Shown here in pieces: positions 1-10,887 of a stretch of 64,000 nt of DNA (the stretch's first letter is position 1; every line of letters starts with the position of its first letter). Source of the stretch: an uncultured Gemmatimonadales bacterium (GTDB taxonomy: Bacteria > Gemmatimonadota > Gemmatimonadetes > Gemmatimonadales > GWC2-71-9); NCBI GenBank assembly GCA_963730185.1, contig CAVSQW010000003.1, positions 1-64,000 of the forward strand, given 5' to 3'. Under the pieces are notes generated by a model, which was not told the DNA's origin, ran no database searches, and was given only the letters and a program-made list of their open reading frames with translations. The position numbers were made by a program, and so were the translations under genes.

Positions 1-297
1 CTCGAAGACGCGGATGCGCTGAAGGACGAGGACGATCTCCGCCGTGCCCGCGAGGGCGCACCGGCGTGGCTCACGACATCCCAGGCGCCGCACCACGGCA
101 GACCCCGTGAACGCCTACGCCCTGAGCCTGGGGGCATGCCGCGTCCAATCCGGTGGACATGCGGCCGACGACCGAGCGTCTCGCCGCGCGACATCGGGGC
201 GGTCCTCACGAGTCCGGGCCCCGGCGTGCCGTCGCGTCGTGTACCCTCTCGGGCTTGCACGTCTCGGCGGAGGCCGCGACGGCGATGGAGGTGGACG

Positions 298-1618
298 ATG
301 ACGGGACGTGGGATCGGTACGCTCGTGGCCGCTGGCGTGGTGGCCCTGGCGATGGCCTTTGCGACCACCGCGGGTGCGCAGGCCAAGGGCAAGTCGAGCA
401 AGGCCTCGAAGAAGTCGGGCACGTGCGACCAGCCCGATTGCGGCGCCAGGTCCGGCAAGCACTGCAGGTCGGGCAAGCACGGCAAGTCCGGCAGGGCGCC
501 CCCGCTCGGGCAAGTCCCGCAAGCACTCGTCGAAGTCGGGCAAGAGCCGCAAGCACTGCGACTGCACGCAGCCGCCCGTCGAACCGCCGGCCCCGGCGGT
601 GTGCGAGCCTGGCATGGTCCCGGACGTCTCGGTCGTGACGCTCGACGGAGGCGACGTTCGCATCGTCGCCGGACCTCTGCGCCAACGAGGTCCACATCCA
701 GCCCAAGGGGGGCAGTGGGAACGCCGAGATCGTGGTTCCCCCGGGTCAGTCCCTCAACGGCGTGCCCGGACCCGCCAGGCTCGATGTGACGTTCACGGAT
801 CGGTTCAGATCGACCTCGGTGGCGGCGACGACAAGCTCTACTTCGAGCGGGTGTCGGTGGCGGGTGACGTGACCATCGACACGGGCGAGGGGGACGACTT
901 CGTGCGCCTGTTCGACATCGACGTGGGTGGGGATCTGGACGTCACCTACGGCCAGGGCGACGACTCGCTCACCACGACGGCACTCCGCGTCGTCGGCTCG
1001 ATGACCTGCGACTTCGGCGCGGGGAACAACAACGTCGCCCTCGACGCCAATGCCGGGGGGGACATGACCCTGACGTCCGGGGCCGGGAACGACAGCGTCG
1101 CCCTGTACGACGGCACCAGCGCCATGGGCAACGTGAGCATCGACGTGGGCGATGGCGACAACGCCGTCCGGTTCAAGTACGGCTCCGGCGCGGGCACGGA
1201 CCTCGAGATCTTCACGGGGAACGGGGACGACCTCGTCGAGCTTCTGGACTGCCCTCCCGTCGGCGGGAGTGCCCTCATCGCCACCCACGGCGGCGCGGAC
1301 CGCGTCGTCCTGGAGGGCGGCGCCATCGGCGGCGATCTCTTCATCGATACGGGGAGCGGTGCGGACGAAGTCGCGATCGGGCCCTCGACCAGCCCTCCCA
1401 ACCCCTGCGATCTGTCGGTCCTCGGCCACACGGACATCGACCTGGGTCGTGGCGACGACAGCCTCTCGCTGGGGGGCCTGGGATCCGGGGCCACCACCTT
1501 CGGGGGCCGATTCAGGGCCGACGGTGGGCCCGGCTCGGACGTCCGCGCCGAGCTGCTCGGCATCACCTACGGCGTGCCGCCCGGCTACGCGCACTTCGAA
1601 GCCGTCGCCATGCCATGA
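298..1618 (+). CDS. Secreted protein with Lys/Ser/His-rich linker and Asp-rich GxGxD beta-helix-like repeats (frameshifted near 500 and 670-780)
   Basis: ATG at 298 gives a signal peptide (MTGRGIGTLVAAGVVALAMAFATTAGAQA). Coding then switches to the 308..1618 frame, which has about 11 repeats such as IDLGGGDDKL, IDTGEGDDFV and IDLGRGDDSL. Confidence 0.65.
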
Positions 1619-1710
1619 CCGGGTCCGGAGGTCTTCGCAGCCCCGGCCGGAAGGCGGCAGGGAGGTGTCTCTCCGGAGGGGCCCGCTTCGGGCCCCACGG
1701 GCGACTCGTC

Positions 1711-2098
1711 ATGCGCCGAGCCCTGCGGTTCGCCTTCGGGCCGACCACCTACCTGCCCTGGCTCCGTCCCGCGCTCGAGGCCAAGGGCCTGAAGGTCGCC
1801 GGGGGATCACCGCTCTGGCCGAGGTCCCTGCGGTTGCGGTCGTGAGCCCGGTACCTGCCGCTCGGACAGTCACGTCCGGATGCGGCGGCCCGGGCTGCGT
1901 CTCCAGGCGCGCTCCACATCGGCGAGTGGCTTTCGCTGCCGGTGGAGAAGAAGGAGACCGACCGCGACCACGCCCAGGAAGCACCGGAGACCGCCCCGCA
2001 GCATCCATGCGTAGCACCCCACCGGGCGAAGGAGCCCGGACCCAATCGTGATCCTGGATGGTGGCTGCGCGGATCTCCGGCCACCGTGCCCGCATGAG
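1711..2098 (+). pseudogene. Possible degenerate coding remnant
   Basis: GC3-biased codons (RPALEAKGLKVAGG; HIGEWLSLPVEKKETD) lie in one frame, interrupted by TGA at 1843. No recognisable family. Confidence 0.2.
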
Positions 2099-2166
2099 CC
2101 GCAGGACTTCCTCCAGGCCTCGGCACCCGCGCGTTGCGATGCGGGGGCCAGGAGCCGGCGCGCGTC

Positions 2167-3328
2167 CTACGCCAGCCATGCGAATCGCTCGATCAGGTAG
2201 GGCGCGACGCGTGCCGGCGTGGTGGTGATCAGCGCTCGCCGCCACGCACGCAGCACGACCTCGGGGACGCGCCCGAAGCCCGGGCGTACGAGCGGCGAGA
2301 GATGCACGAAGTCGCGCGTGCCCAGGTCCAGGCTCGCGAGGAGGGCGACCGTCGCGTCGCGATGCCGGTGCTCGTCGTCGTGCTCGCCGAGACCGACGAG
2401 CACGGTGAGTCCCACGCCGACGCCGGCCGTTCTCATCGCGTCGATCGCCGCCCGGACGTCGGAGAGGTCGGCGCGCTTGCCGAGACGGCGCCGCAGGTCG
2501 GGCTGGCCCGTCTCCAGACCCAGCGTCGCCTCGACGAGTCCGGCCTCGCGCAGCGCGGCGAAGGCCTGCGCCGAGCGCGAGGGTGCGCGGTCGGGATCGA
2601 GGAAGGCGGCGACGCCGCGGCGGGGGATGCCGATCGCCGTGCGGACGCGCGCCAGGCGTTTGAGCAGCAGCGTGTCGTTCAGCGAGAGCGCGGAGGCCGA
2701 GCCCAGGAAGAGGCCGTCGCGCTCGGCGATCGCCACGCCCAGGGCGTCCACGACCGCCTGCAGGTGATTCTCGAAGGCCTGGTCGTCGAGCACGCGGAAC
2801 GGGCGCTTCTTGTAGAACGCGCAGAACCCGCAGCCGTGGTTCGGGCAGCCGGTCGCCGGCAGGATCACGAGATCCCGGTAGCGATGCGGTGGGAGGATGC
2901 GCGTGGGTTCCGGCCAGGCGCGCTGCAGCGCCACACCGTGGGCGCGCATGCGCAGCGGTCGTCCACGTGCGCGCCCGCTCGAGTCGGGCGAGAAGCTCGG
3001 CGCGCGTACCGATGAGCTCGCGCGACGCGTCCTCTCTCGCCTCCAGGACCTCGGCCGCCCGCGCCGCGGTGCGCACGGCGGCATTGTGGACCATGTCCGC
3101 CTCGCCGGGTCGGCAAGCCAGGAACCGTCCGCGCACCCGCCGCACGACGCGACCGTCGAGGGTGCGGCGAAACGTCCCGTGCTCGTCGGCGTAGGCGGTC
3201 CAACGACCGGCGGCGTCCAGCCTGGTGTAGGGGCCCGGCTCGAACTCGAGGACCGTGGCGTGGCGTGCGGCTCGCGCACGCAGCAGAACGTCCGCAGGCG
3301 GGCGGCGACGGACGGTGGCATGCGCCAT
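2167..3328 (-). CDS. Radical SAM protein with N-terminal extension (frameshift near 2945)
   Basis: ATGCPNHGCGFCAFY (CX4CX2C), FLGSASAL and GLETG motifs. The N-terminus (MAHATV...FRRTLDGRVV) is in the neighbouring frame. Confidence 0.8.
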
Positions 3329-3396
3329 GGGCCCATCCTCGCGCGACCGGCCCGCAACCGCAACCGGTGTCGGGGCGTGCCGCTTCCGACGGGCCC

Positions 3397-4242
3397 CTAC
3401 CTGAGGAAGCCGGCGTCCTCGCGCAGGATGTGGGCCAGGGCCCGCCATAGTCGGGTCACCCCCTGGATCACGTCGGCGTCCTCGTAGCGGATGCCGAGGC
3501 GGCCGAAGGGCTCGCCCCCCAGCTCCAGGCCGCGCTCGCGCATCTCGTCGCGGTGGACCTCGAGTTCCAGGGTGACGGGCCCGTCGAAGGTCAGGGGCGC
3601 GGGCAGGCGCCGGAGGGCATTCTCCGCGCCCGCCCGGATGAGGGCGTGAGCGCGCTCGGGCGTGAGCGTGACGACGGCCGTCGGCCCGAGGGTCTGCTTC
3701 ACCTCGACGGTGACGATGTCCTCACCGAAGTCCTCTCGCATCTGCCGGCAGTGATCGTCGGCGCCGCACGCAAAGACCAGGGGCGTGTTGTAGTGGCCGA
3801 AGATGGCGGCGTTGAGGTAGCCCTCGCTGGCGGGCTTGCCGTTCAGGCGGATCTCGTGCACGACGGCCCCGACCCAGGTGTGGGCCAGGAGTCCACCCGC
3901 CGTGCCGGCCCGCGCGTGGTGCCCGACGAGAAACGCGGCGTCGAACACGCCGTGCTCCAGCGCGCCGAGTTGGACGAGCGGTCGTTGCCGCGCCTGGGCG
4001 GGTCCGGTCAGAAGCCGTGCCTGCGGGTGGAGCTCGTCCAACAGGATGTTGCGCATCGTGCCGTGGCCGTCGGCGACGAGGACGTCGGTTGCGCCGGCGG
4101 CGACGGCGCCCTCCACCGCCGCGTTGACGTCACCCGTCAACCAGTGGCGCGCTTTCTCGTAGTCCTGCCCGCCGGGCATGAGGTGGTCGCGGTGGCAGAC
4201 GCCGGTGGCCCCTTCCATGTCGACGCTGATGTAGATGCGCAT
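3397..4242 (-). CDS. dppA: M55 family D-aminopeptidase
   Basis: MRIYISVDMEG (DxE), ADGHG, GHHARAG and LAHT metal-ligand motifs; 281 aa. Confidence 0.9.
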   Translation of the reverse strand: MRIYISVDMEGATGVCHRDHLMPGGQDYEKARHWLTGDVNAAVEGAVAAGATDVLVADGHGTMRNILLDELHPQARLLTGPAQARQRPLVQLGALEHGVFDAAFLVGHHARAGTAGGLLAHTWVGAVVHEIRLNGKPASEGYLNAAIFGHYNTPLVFACGADDHCRQMREDFGEDIVTVEVKQTLGPTAVVTLTPERAHALIRAGAENALRRLPAPLTFDGPVTLELEVHRDEMRERGLELGGEPFGRLGIRYEDADVIQGVTRLWRALAHILREDAGFLR

Positions 4243-4266
4243 GCGGGGATTGTAGGGAGAGTCGCG

Positions 4267-4838
4267 CTACTTGGAGGTCGGCTGCCCGGGGGTGGCCGAG
4301 GCGTCGCGCAGCTTCTCGAGCAACTTCTTGCGGGCTTCGGGATCATCCGGGAGGCCGTGGTTTCGTCGGATCAGCTCCATGTACTCCTGGACGGGATCCG
4401 GCTCGTCCTGCTTCTGCTCCGTCCGTACCCACCCCAGGTAGATCACGAAGCCCGCCCAGACCAGGATCAGCAGCCCGAAGCCGATACCCGAGCCCCCTGC
4501 CCCTTTGCACGCGCCGCCATCCGCGCGCCCACGCGCTCGATCGGCGTGGCGTTCTCGAGGTCGCGCCGGGGCCGGCCCAGCCGCGCCAGCGAGAGCAGGC
4601 CCCACACCCCCAGGACCACCGCTGCCAGGCCCGCGGCGACTCCGCCGCCCGGCGGAGCGAACGGCAGGACCATGAGGATGAGTCCCGTGATGGCGACGTA
4701 CATCGATGCCGAGCACAGCTTCGCCGCGCGGACCCGGGCGTGACCCTTCAACTCCTCCGGCGACTTCTCGCGGCTGCGATGGCGTACGGGTGCCTTGGCC
4801 TTGCGCCGCAGCGGCGGGGGGCGGGACGTGTCACCCAT
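4267..4838 (-). CDS. Hypothetical membrane protein (frameshift near 4495)
   Basis: Two TM segments in ORF 4467..4838 continue into GIGFGLLILVWAGFVIYLGWV in ORF 4267..4716. Confidence 0.6.
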
Positions 4839-5040
4839 GGCCGGCCACCCTACCAGGGACGCGCATCGCCCGTGGGTGGCCAGCCTCCCGGATCGACGTG
4901 TCGGGATCCTCCCGCGGGTGTGGGTCTCGATACCCCTCCCCGGGCCGCGGGGCAGCGTGGTAGCGCGCGCGAGGGTGCCACCCGCGCCCGATCCGGGAGG
5001 GTCCCTGCCTGCCTACGGAAGTTCCGTCCTGGACGGAACT

Positions 5041-6428
5041 TCAGGCCAGGTAGAGGGTCTTCGCGTTCACGAACTCGCGAATGCCGTGCGCGCCGAGTTC
5101 TCGGCCGTAGCCGCTTTCGCTTGATGCCGCCGAACGGCAGGCGCGGGTCGGACTTGCACGAACGCGTTCACGAAGCAGGATGCCGGCGTCCAGCGCGCGC
5201 GGGCGATCTGCTCGCCCTCGTCGAGGTCGCGGTGAACACCGCCGCGCCCAGGCCGTACGTCGGGTGCGTTGGCGAGCGCGATGCGCGTGGCACTCGTCGC
5301 GCGCGGCGATGACGGCGGCGACCGGACCGAACATCTCCTCGTCGAACGCCGGCATGCCGGGCGCGCACGTCGGTCGAGCACGCGTCGGCGGGTACCAGGC
5401 GCCCGGCGCCGTCCGGCACCTCGCCGCCGAGCACCAGGCCTGCGCGCCGGCCGCACGCTGCGTCTCCACCTGGTCGTGCAGGCCGTCGCGCAGGTCCACG
5501 CGCGCCATGCGGCCCGACGTCGGTGTCCTCGTCCGCGGTCGGCCATCCGCGCCGCGCTCCATCCGGCTCGACACCCGCTCGCGTCGAACGCGCTCGCGTA
5601 CCGCCTCGACCACGATGAAGCGCTTGGCCGCGATGCAGCTCTGCCCGCTGTTGATGAAGCGGCTGGTGACGCACGCGTCGGCGGCTGCTCGAGGTCGGCG
5701 TCCGCGAGTACGACGTAGGGTCGCTGCCGCCGAGCTCGAGCACGCCTTCTTGAGCACGCTCGCCGGCCTCGGACGCCACCGCCCGACCGGCGCGGGTGCT
5801 GCCGGTGAGGGTGACGGCGGCGTACGCGCCGGATCGCGGATCACCTCGCGCGGCCTGGTCGCGGATCGATGAGCAGCGTCGTGGACGAGTCCGTCGGGCA
5901 CGCCGGCCTCGCGCGAAGATGCGCTCGATGGCCAGCGCGCACCCGGGGACGTTGGGGGCGTGCTTGAGCACGCACCGCGTTGCCCGCCATCGAGCGCCGG
6001 CGCGGCGAAGCCGGAACACCTGCCAGAAGGGGAAGTTCCACGGCATGATCGCGAGCACCACGCCCAGGGGCTGGTAGCTGACGTAGCTCTTCGTGGCATC
6101 GGTCTCGACGTGCTCGTCGAGCGAGGAACGCCGCGGCGTGCTCGGCGTAGTACTCGCAGACCCACGCGCACTTCTCGGCCTCGCCCACGCCTTGCGCTGA
6201 TGGGCTTGCCCATCTCCTGGCCATCAGGCCCCCGAGCTCGTCCTTCTCGGCTCGCAAGCCGGCGGCGCATGCGCGCAGCACCGCAGCACGCTCTGCGAAC
6301 GACGTCTGGCGCCACGCGCGCTGCGCAGCCGTGGCCCTGGCAAGGACCTCGGCGAGGGCCTGTCCGTCGAGGGTCTCATACGAGGTCCCGAGCTCACCGG
6401 TGGCGGGATCGACCTGCTGGAATTCCAT
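5041..6428 (-). CDS. sad: NAD(P)-dependent succinate-semialdehyde dehydrogenase-like aldehyde dehydrogenase (many indels)
   Basis: Motifs are spread over three frames: MEFQQVDPATGE, IMPWNFPFWQV, LKHAPN, TLTGSTRAG, LELGGSDP, FINSGQSCIAAKR, EEMFGPVA, SGYGRELG. Confidence 0.85.
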
Positions 6429-6617
6429 GAGTGCCTCCGCGCACGTCGATCCTACGCCACCGGGAGCGTGTCCGGAATCCGACCTCCCGGCCGATCGCGT
6501 GCTTGCGTCCAAGGGAGGTCGGGCGGCGCGCTTCGTGCTGCACCCGATCGCATCCACATCGCACTCGGCCGACGGGGGTTTCCCGGTCCTGCCTACGGAT
6601 TCGTCCGCGACGAATCA

Positions 6618-7676
6618 TCAGCGATAGACCACCTCCACCTTGCGGATCTGGGCCTGGCAGCCCTGCGCGAGGATGCCCACGAAGCCGCCATCGCGCGCTT
6701 TCGGACGGTCGATCGAATGGACGTCCCTGCCGCCTACCACGGCCGTGATCGTGTCCTTGCGGAAGCGCAGCTCGTAGGTGTTCCACTTCGCGGGGTCGAT
6801 GGGCTTGGGCAGGCTGGCGAAGTCGCAGCGGTAGACGACGTCGGAGTGGTCCTTGCCGTTCTTTTCGTACCAGTACAGCGCCTTGCCCAGGGCTCCGAAG
6901 CGGGAATGGACGTACTCGCCCTTCCACGCACCCATGATCGCGATGAAGGGCGACTCGTCGTAGGTCTTGGTGATGCGCGCCTCCATGACGACGTCGAAGT
7001 TGCCCGAGACCTCCTTCTGCGTGCGGATGTAGGAGGCGAGGCCCTTGGTCTCGGCGACGATGATTCCGTCCTTCACCTGCCACCAGTCCGAGCGTCCTCC
7101 GTCCCAGTCGTCGATCTGCTTGCCGTCGAAGAGCGCCTCGCGGCGCAGGCCCTGATCGGTCATCTTCCGGCGCAGCTCGTTTGCGCGCTCGTGGTCGGGG
7201 CGCAGCGTGAGGGCGAGGTCCAGGGCCCGGTCGGCGAGATCCGGGTCCTTCCGGCGGTACTTGGCCGCGAGCTTGACCAGGGCCTCGACGTGGTCGTCGA
7301 GGATGCCGTCGAGCTCGTGCCCGTTGTCGTCCAGCTCCTGCAGGTGCCGGCTCGCGCGTTTCACGTCGTCATTCCACGCCGTCGGGAAGGCCTCGCCCGA
7401 TTCCGCGACGCGGACGGTCTTGCGAAACGCCACGATGGCCTCGTGCTCCTTCTCCTGGGCGAGGAGGGATTCGCCCAGACCCTCCAGCGCGGGGAGGCAG
7501 GTCTCCATCTTGCCCACGGCTTGTCGGAAGAGCGTCTCGGCGGTGCCGTACTCGTGGTCCTTCATGGCGGCCTGGGCCTTGTCGACCAGCTCGACGGCGT
7601 CCGGCCCTGCAAGCCCAGGAGAGGCCAGCAGGGCGGCGAGGAGCAAGGCGGCCAGGAGGCGGCGGACCACGGTCAC
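6618..7676 (-). CDS. Secreted TPR-repeat protein with C-terminal DUF1080/3-keto-disaccharide hydrolase-like domain
   Basis: Signal peptide, helical TPR-like N-half, then LFDGKQIDDW..WQVKDGII..KWNTYEL..GFVGI..IRKVEV. Confidence 0.65.
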   Translation of the reverse strand: MTVVRRLLAALLLAALLASPGLAGPDAVELVDKAQAAMKDHEYGTAETLFRQAVGKMETCLPALEGLGESLLAQEKEHEAIVAFRKTVRVAESGEAFPTAWNDDVKRASRHLQELDDNGHELDGILDDHVEALVKLAAKYRRKDPDLADRALDLALTLRPDHERANELRRKMTDQGLRREALFDGKQIDDWDGGRSDWWQVKDGIIVAETKGLASYIRTQKEVSGNFDVVMEARITKTYDESPFIAIMGAWKGEYVHSRFGALGKALYWYEKNGKDHSDVVYRCDFASLPKPIDPAKWNTYELRFRKDTITAVVGGRDVHSIDRPKARDGGFVGILAQGCQAQIRKVEVVYR

Positions 7677-8458
7677 TCCTTCGTCCCCAGGCGCAGCGCG
7701 CGCACCTCGGCGACGCAGCGCTGGTGGAAGACGCCGATCGGTCCGGCCAACGTCTTGCGACCCGGAACGGAGGAGGACAGGACCTTCTTGCCGTCCAGGT
7801 ACACGTGCGCCTTGCGCCCCTCGACGGCGACCGTGAGGCGGTGCCAGGCCTCCATCCGGATCGGGTGGATGCTCGTCTGCCCGACGTCCACGTTCTTGCC
7901 ACCCGACGACTGCGTCATGGTGACCTCGCTCTTCTGGGCGAAGGCCATGACGAATTCCTGACGACCTGCCTGGTCGTCACGGGCGAATGCCACGCCCAGC
8001 AGGTAGCCGTGGGCGTGCTCCTTCAGGAAACGGAATTGCATGTCGTAGACGAAGACGTCCGGTGCGCGAAGCGTGGGATCGGTCCAGAAGATGCTCCCAC
8101 CTTTCTGGTCGATCGTCAGCACCTTGCGGTCGTAGGACGTGCGGTCGCCGGCGGGAATGGCCTTGTCGGCCAACATGTCCACCCACTTCGTGATGCCGGG
8201 GATGGGGACGTCCTCCGGGGCCGCTCCCTCGGGCTTGGCGTCGGTGCTCACGCCCAGCTCCACGAGCATGCGCCTCGCTTCTGCGTCATCGGGCTCGACG
8301 GAGAGGAGGCGGCGCAGGGCGTCGATGGCGATGTCGGCGTCGGCCTTCGCAAACTGGCGGGAGAACGCGTGGATCTGCTTGGCGAAGCCCGCCTGCAGGT
8401 CATCCAGCTCGGCTTCGCCCTTGCCGAGGACCCGGATGCGCTTGAGCGCGCGCGTGAT
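7673..8458 (-). CDS. TPR + concanavalin/DUF1080-like protein, 5'-truncated
   Basis: The frame stays open upstream of ATG 8269 (ITRALKRIRVLG..ALRRLLSVEPDDAEARR) to about 8458. The C-terminus has WHRLTVAVEG..VYLDGKKV..GPIGV. It overlaps the next gene by 4 nt. Confidence 0.6.
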   Translation of the reverse strand: MTRALKRIRVLGKGEAELDDLQAGFAKQIHAFSRQFAKADADIAIDALRRLLSVEPDDAEARRMLVELGVSTDAKPEGAAPEDVPIPGITKWVDMLADKAIPAGDRTSYDRKVLTIDQKGGSIFWTDPTLRAPDVFVYDMQFRFLKEHAHGYLLGVAFARDDQAGRQEFVMAFAQKSEVTMTQSSGGKNVDVGQTSIHPIRMEAWHRLTVAVEGRKAHVYLDGKKVLSSSVPGRKTLAGPIGVFHQRCVAEVRALRLGTKE

Positions 8459-8460
8459 GG

Positions 8461-8709
8461 AAGGACGTGCTGATGGACGCGGCCGGCACGGTGGTCGAGG
8501 TGGAGGAGCAGGTGGCGCTCGACGCGCTGCCGGCGGCCGTCCGGACGGCCCTTCAGGCCAAGGCGGGCAAGGGGACGATCCGGCGGGTGGAGTCGCTCAC
8601 CAAACACGGCAGCCTGGTGGTGGTACCGAGGCCCAGGTGGTGACCGGCGGGAAGCGGTCGGAGGTGCAGGTCGGGGCCGCACGGCGAGACGCTCGAGACG
8701 GAGCAGTAG
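8461..8709 (+). CDS. PepSY-like domain protein, C-terminal part only (indels)
   Basis: KDVLMDAAGTVVEVEEQVALDALPAAVRTALQAKAGKGTIRRVESLTKHG..EAQVVTGGKRSEVQVG, ending TAG 8709. No start codon context. Confidence 0.55.
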
Positions 8710-8870
8710 TCCCGACCAGCTTCGAGGCGTCCTCGACGCCGACGGCGCCTGTTGTGCCCGCGCGGCCGAAATCGGCCGGCCGGGGCGCCGCGGACGAAAT
8801 GGCCCGGGCGGGAAGGGATTGGTGGCGCTCTATACTGATGGGCGCCACCACGACTGCAGCGGAGCCGGGA

Positions 8871-9534
8871 ATGCCTCGTTTGCCGCTTGGCCTGCTGACG
8901 CTCGGCTTGACGGCGACGCTCAGGCGCAGCGGCCATCCTCGGTCCCGCCGCGCGGCAGTTCGTCTCCGTCGACACCACCGCCGTCGCGCTGACCCACGTC
9001 CGGGGATCAGGGCACGGCCGGGCGGCGACGACGGACCAAACGATCGTCATCCAGGACGGCCGGATCGCGTCGATCGGCCGCTCGGCGACGACGCCGGTGC
9101 CCGCCGGCACGCTGATCATGGACCTGGCCGGCAAGTCGGTGATTCCCGGCCTCGTGATGGTTCACGAGCACCTGCACTATCCGACCGGGCCGGGCGTGTC
9201 CGGGAATCTCACCCAGTCGTTCTCGCGCCTCTACCTCGCCGGGGGCGTGACGTCGATGCGCACGGCCAGCAACATGAACGGCATCGGGGAGATCAAGCTC
9301 AAGCAGGCGATCGACGCCGGCGCCCAGGCCGGCCCGTGGATCGACGCCACGGCGCCCTATCTCGAAGGGCGCCCCGGCATCGGTCTCGGACAGGTCTACG
9401 AGATCGAGGACGCCGCCGCGCCGATGGGCGAGTTTCGCGACGGCGCATTCGTCCCAGTGCGGGCTGGACGCGGATTGTGGGCAGAGCGCGAGAGGCTGGA
9501 GCAGGAATACGAGCAGGATTTCGCCGCGCTGTAG
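8871..9534 (+). pseudogene. Truncated amidohydrolase family protein
   Basis: TIVIQDGRIASIG, DLAGKSVIPGLVMVHEHL (HxH) and LAGGVTSMRT. Frameshifted at the 5' end, and homology stops near 9420, so the C-terminal barrel half is absent. Confidence 0.7.
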
Positions 9535-9700
9535 CCGCGGGCTGAGCTCGGAGTCAGCACCTGAGGGACGACGCGTCGATGCCGTGCCCCAGGCGGAGCT
9601 GGACGCCGCGACCCGAACGCCAGAGCCACTTGTACTTGACATTTCGCAACGCCCGCTCGTGGCCACCAGATCTGTTGCAAAAGCGGCAGGTCAACCTCCG

Positions 9701-10340
9701 CTAGCGCCGCGCGCGACCGGGCGCCGGCTCGGCCATCACGGTTACATGCACCGCGCCAGAGTCCGGCTTGGGAGCCAGGACCCTCGGCAGCACGAACGCC
9801 GCCGCCAGCCGCCCGCCCGCGACCGACAGAGCGGTATAGTCGCCCTGGGTAAAGCCATCCGGCCGCGATCGGCGGCACGGGGTGAGGGCGTGGATGCCCC
9901 CCCGGTCCGGCTTTCGGTCACCACGAACTGACCGAGATACCAGCCCCGATCCGTCCCGGCCGCGGCCGGCCACGCCTCCGCGGCCCTCGCCTGTTCGACC
10001 GGCCGGGGAGCCGACCACCTCCCACCGGCGGGCCGAGTGGCGCAGCGGACCGGTTGCTCCGATCGTCGCTGCGGTTGCCCTCTGACCAGCAGGCCAGGAG
10101 GTCGCCGTTAGGCCGGCCGGCCAGGACCGGGCTGTCGAGCAGCATGTCGCCGGTCATGACGACGACCGGTGCCGCGGTGCGTCGTGGCCCCGGTGGCGGA
10201 GTCGCGGCTGTTCACGAAGACCGGCACGGCCTCGGCGGAAGCGAACTCGCCCGGGACGCGCGAGAGGAAGACGCCCATGGACTCGCCCACGCCGGACATC
10301 GAGGGACGACCAGGCGTGGATCCCGGTGCCCTTGCCCGCG
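9701..10340 (-). pseudogene. Fragmented BNR/sialidase-like propeller remnant
   Basis: Pieces in different frames: GIHAWSSLD, PVLAGRPNGDLLACWSE, QGDYTALSVAGGRLAAAFVLP. Confidence 0.35.
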
Positions 10341-10421
10341 GGGTCCGCAAGGCGATCCGCGGTCCTTGGCGAACTCGTCCATTGTCGGTACAGTGTATGA
10401 CCCCGACAGCGGAGACAGGCA

Positions 10422-10883
10422 ATGTCCAAAGTGACGCCCTTCCTGATGTTCAACGACCAGCTCGAAGCCGCCATCGCCTTCTACACCGCCACGTTCCCGG
10501 ACTCCAAGGTCAAGAACGTCGCCCGCACCGGCAAGGACGGCCCCATCACGTCCGCCGAATTCGTCGTCGGCGGTCAGTCGTTCATGGGCTACAACGGCGG
10601 GCCGTACTTCACCTTCTCCCAAGGGTTCTCGCTCTTCGTCGACTGCGAAGACCAGGAAGAGGTCGACGAGTACTGGAACAAGCTCGTCGATGCCGGCGCG
10701 ACCCCCTCGCAGTGCGGCTGGATTACCGATCAGTTCGGCGTCACGTGGCAGATCGTGCCGAGGCGGTTCATGGAGCTGATCAACGACCCCAATGCCAAGA
10801 AGGTGCAAGGGGTGATGGAGGCCATGCTGAAGATGGTGAAGCTCGACGTCGCGGCCCTGGAGAAGGCGTACGAGGACGCCTGA
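10422..10883 (+). CDS. VOC family protein (PhnB / 3-demethylubiquinone-9 methyltransferase-like)
   Basis: MSKVTPFLMF..AIAFY, NGGPYF, CEDQEEVDEYW, CGWITDQFGVTWQIVP; GGAG RBS. Confidence 0.9.
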   Translation: MSKVTPFLMFNDQLEAAIAFYTATFPDSKVKNVARTGKDGPITSAEFVVGGQSFMGYNGGPYFTFSQGFSLFVDCEDQEEVDEYWNKLVDAGATPSQCGWITDQFGVTWQIVPRRFMELINDPNAKKVQGVMEAMLKMVKLDVAALEKAYEDA

Positions 10884-10887
10884 CATC

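Noticed and set aside
1..290. Gene end at the window start
   Set aside because: Coding-like for about 20 codons (LEDADALKDEDDLRRAREG), but the frame, stop and product cannot be determined.
1843..1845. Selenocysteine readthrough at an in-frame TGA
   Set aside because: No redox motif context and no recognisable selenoprotein family or SECIS element.
5041..6428. Aldehyde dehydrogenase as a true pseudogene
   Set aside because: All catalytic motifs and codon bias are preserved despite many indels. This looks like a poor consensus rather than decay, although it cannot be proven here.
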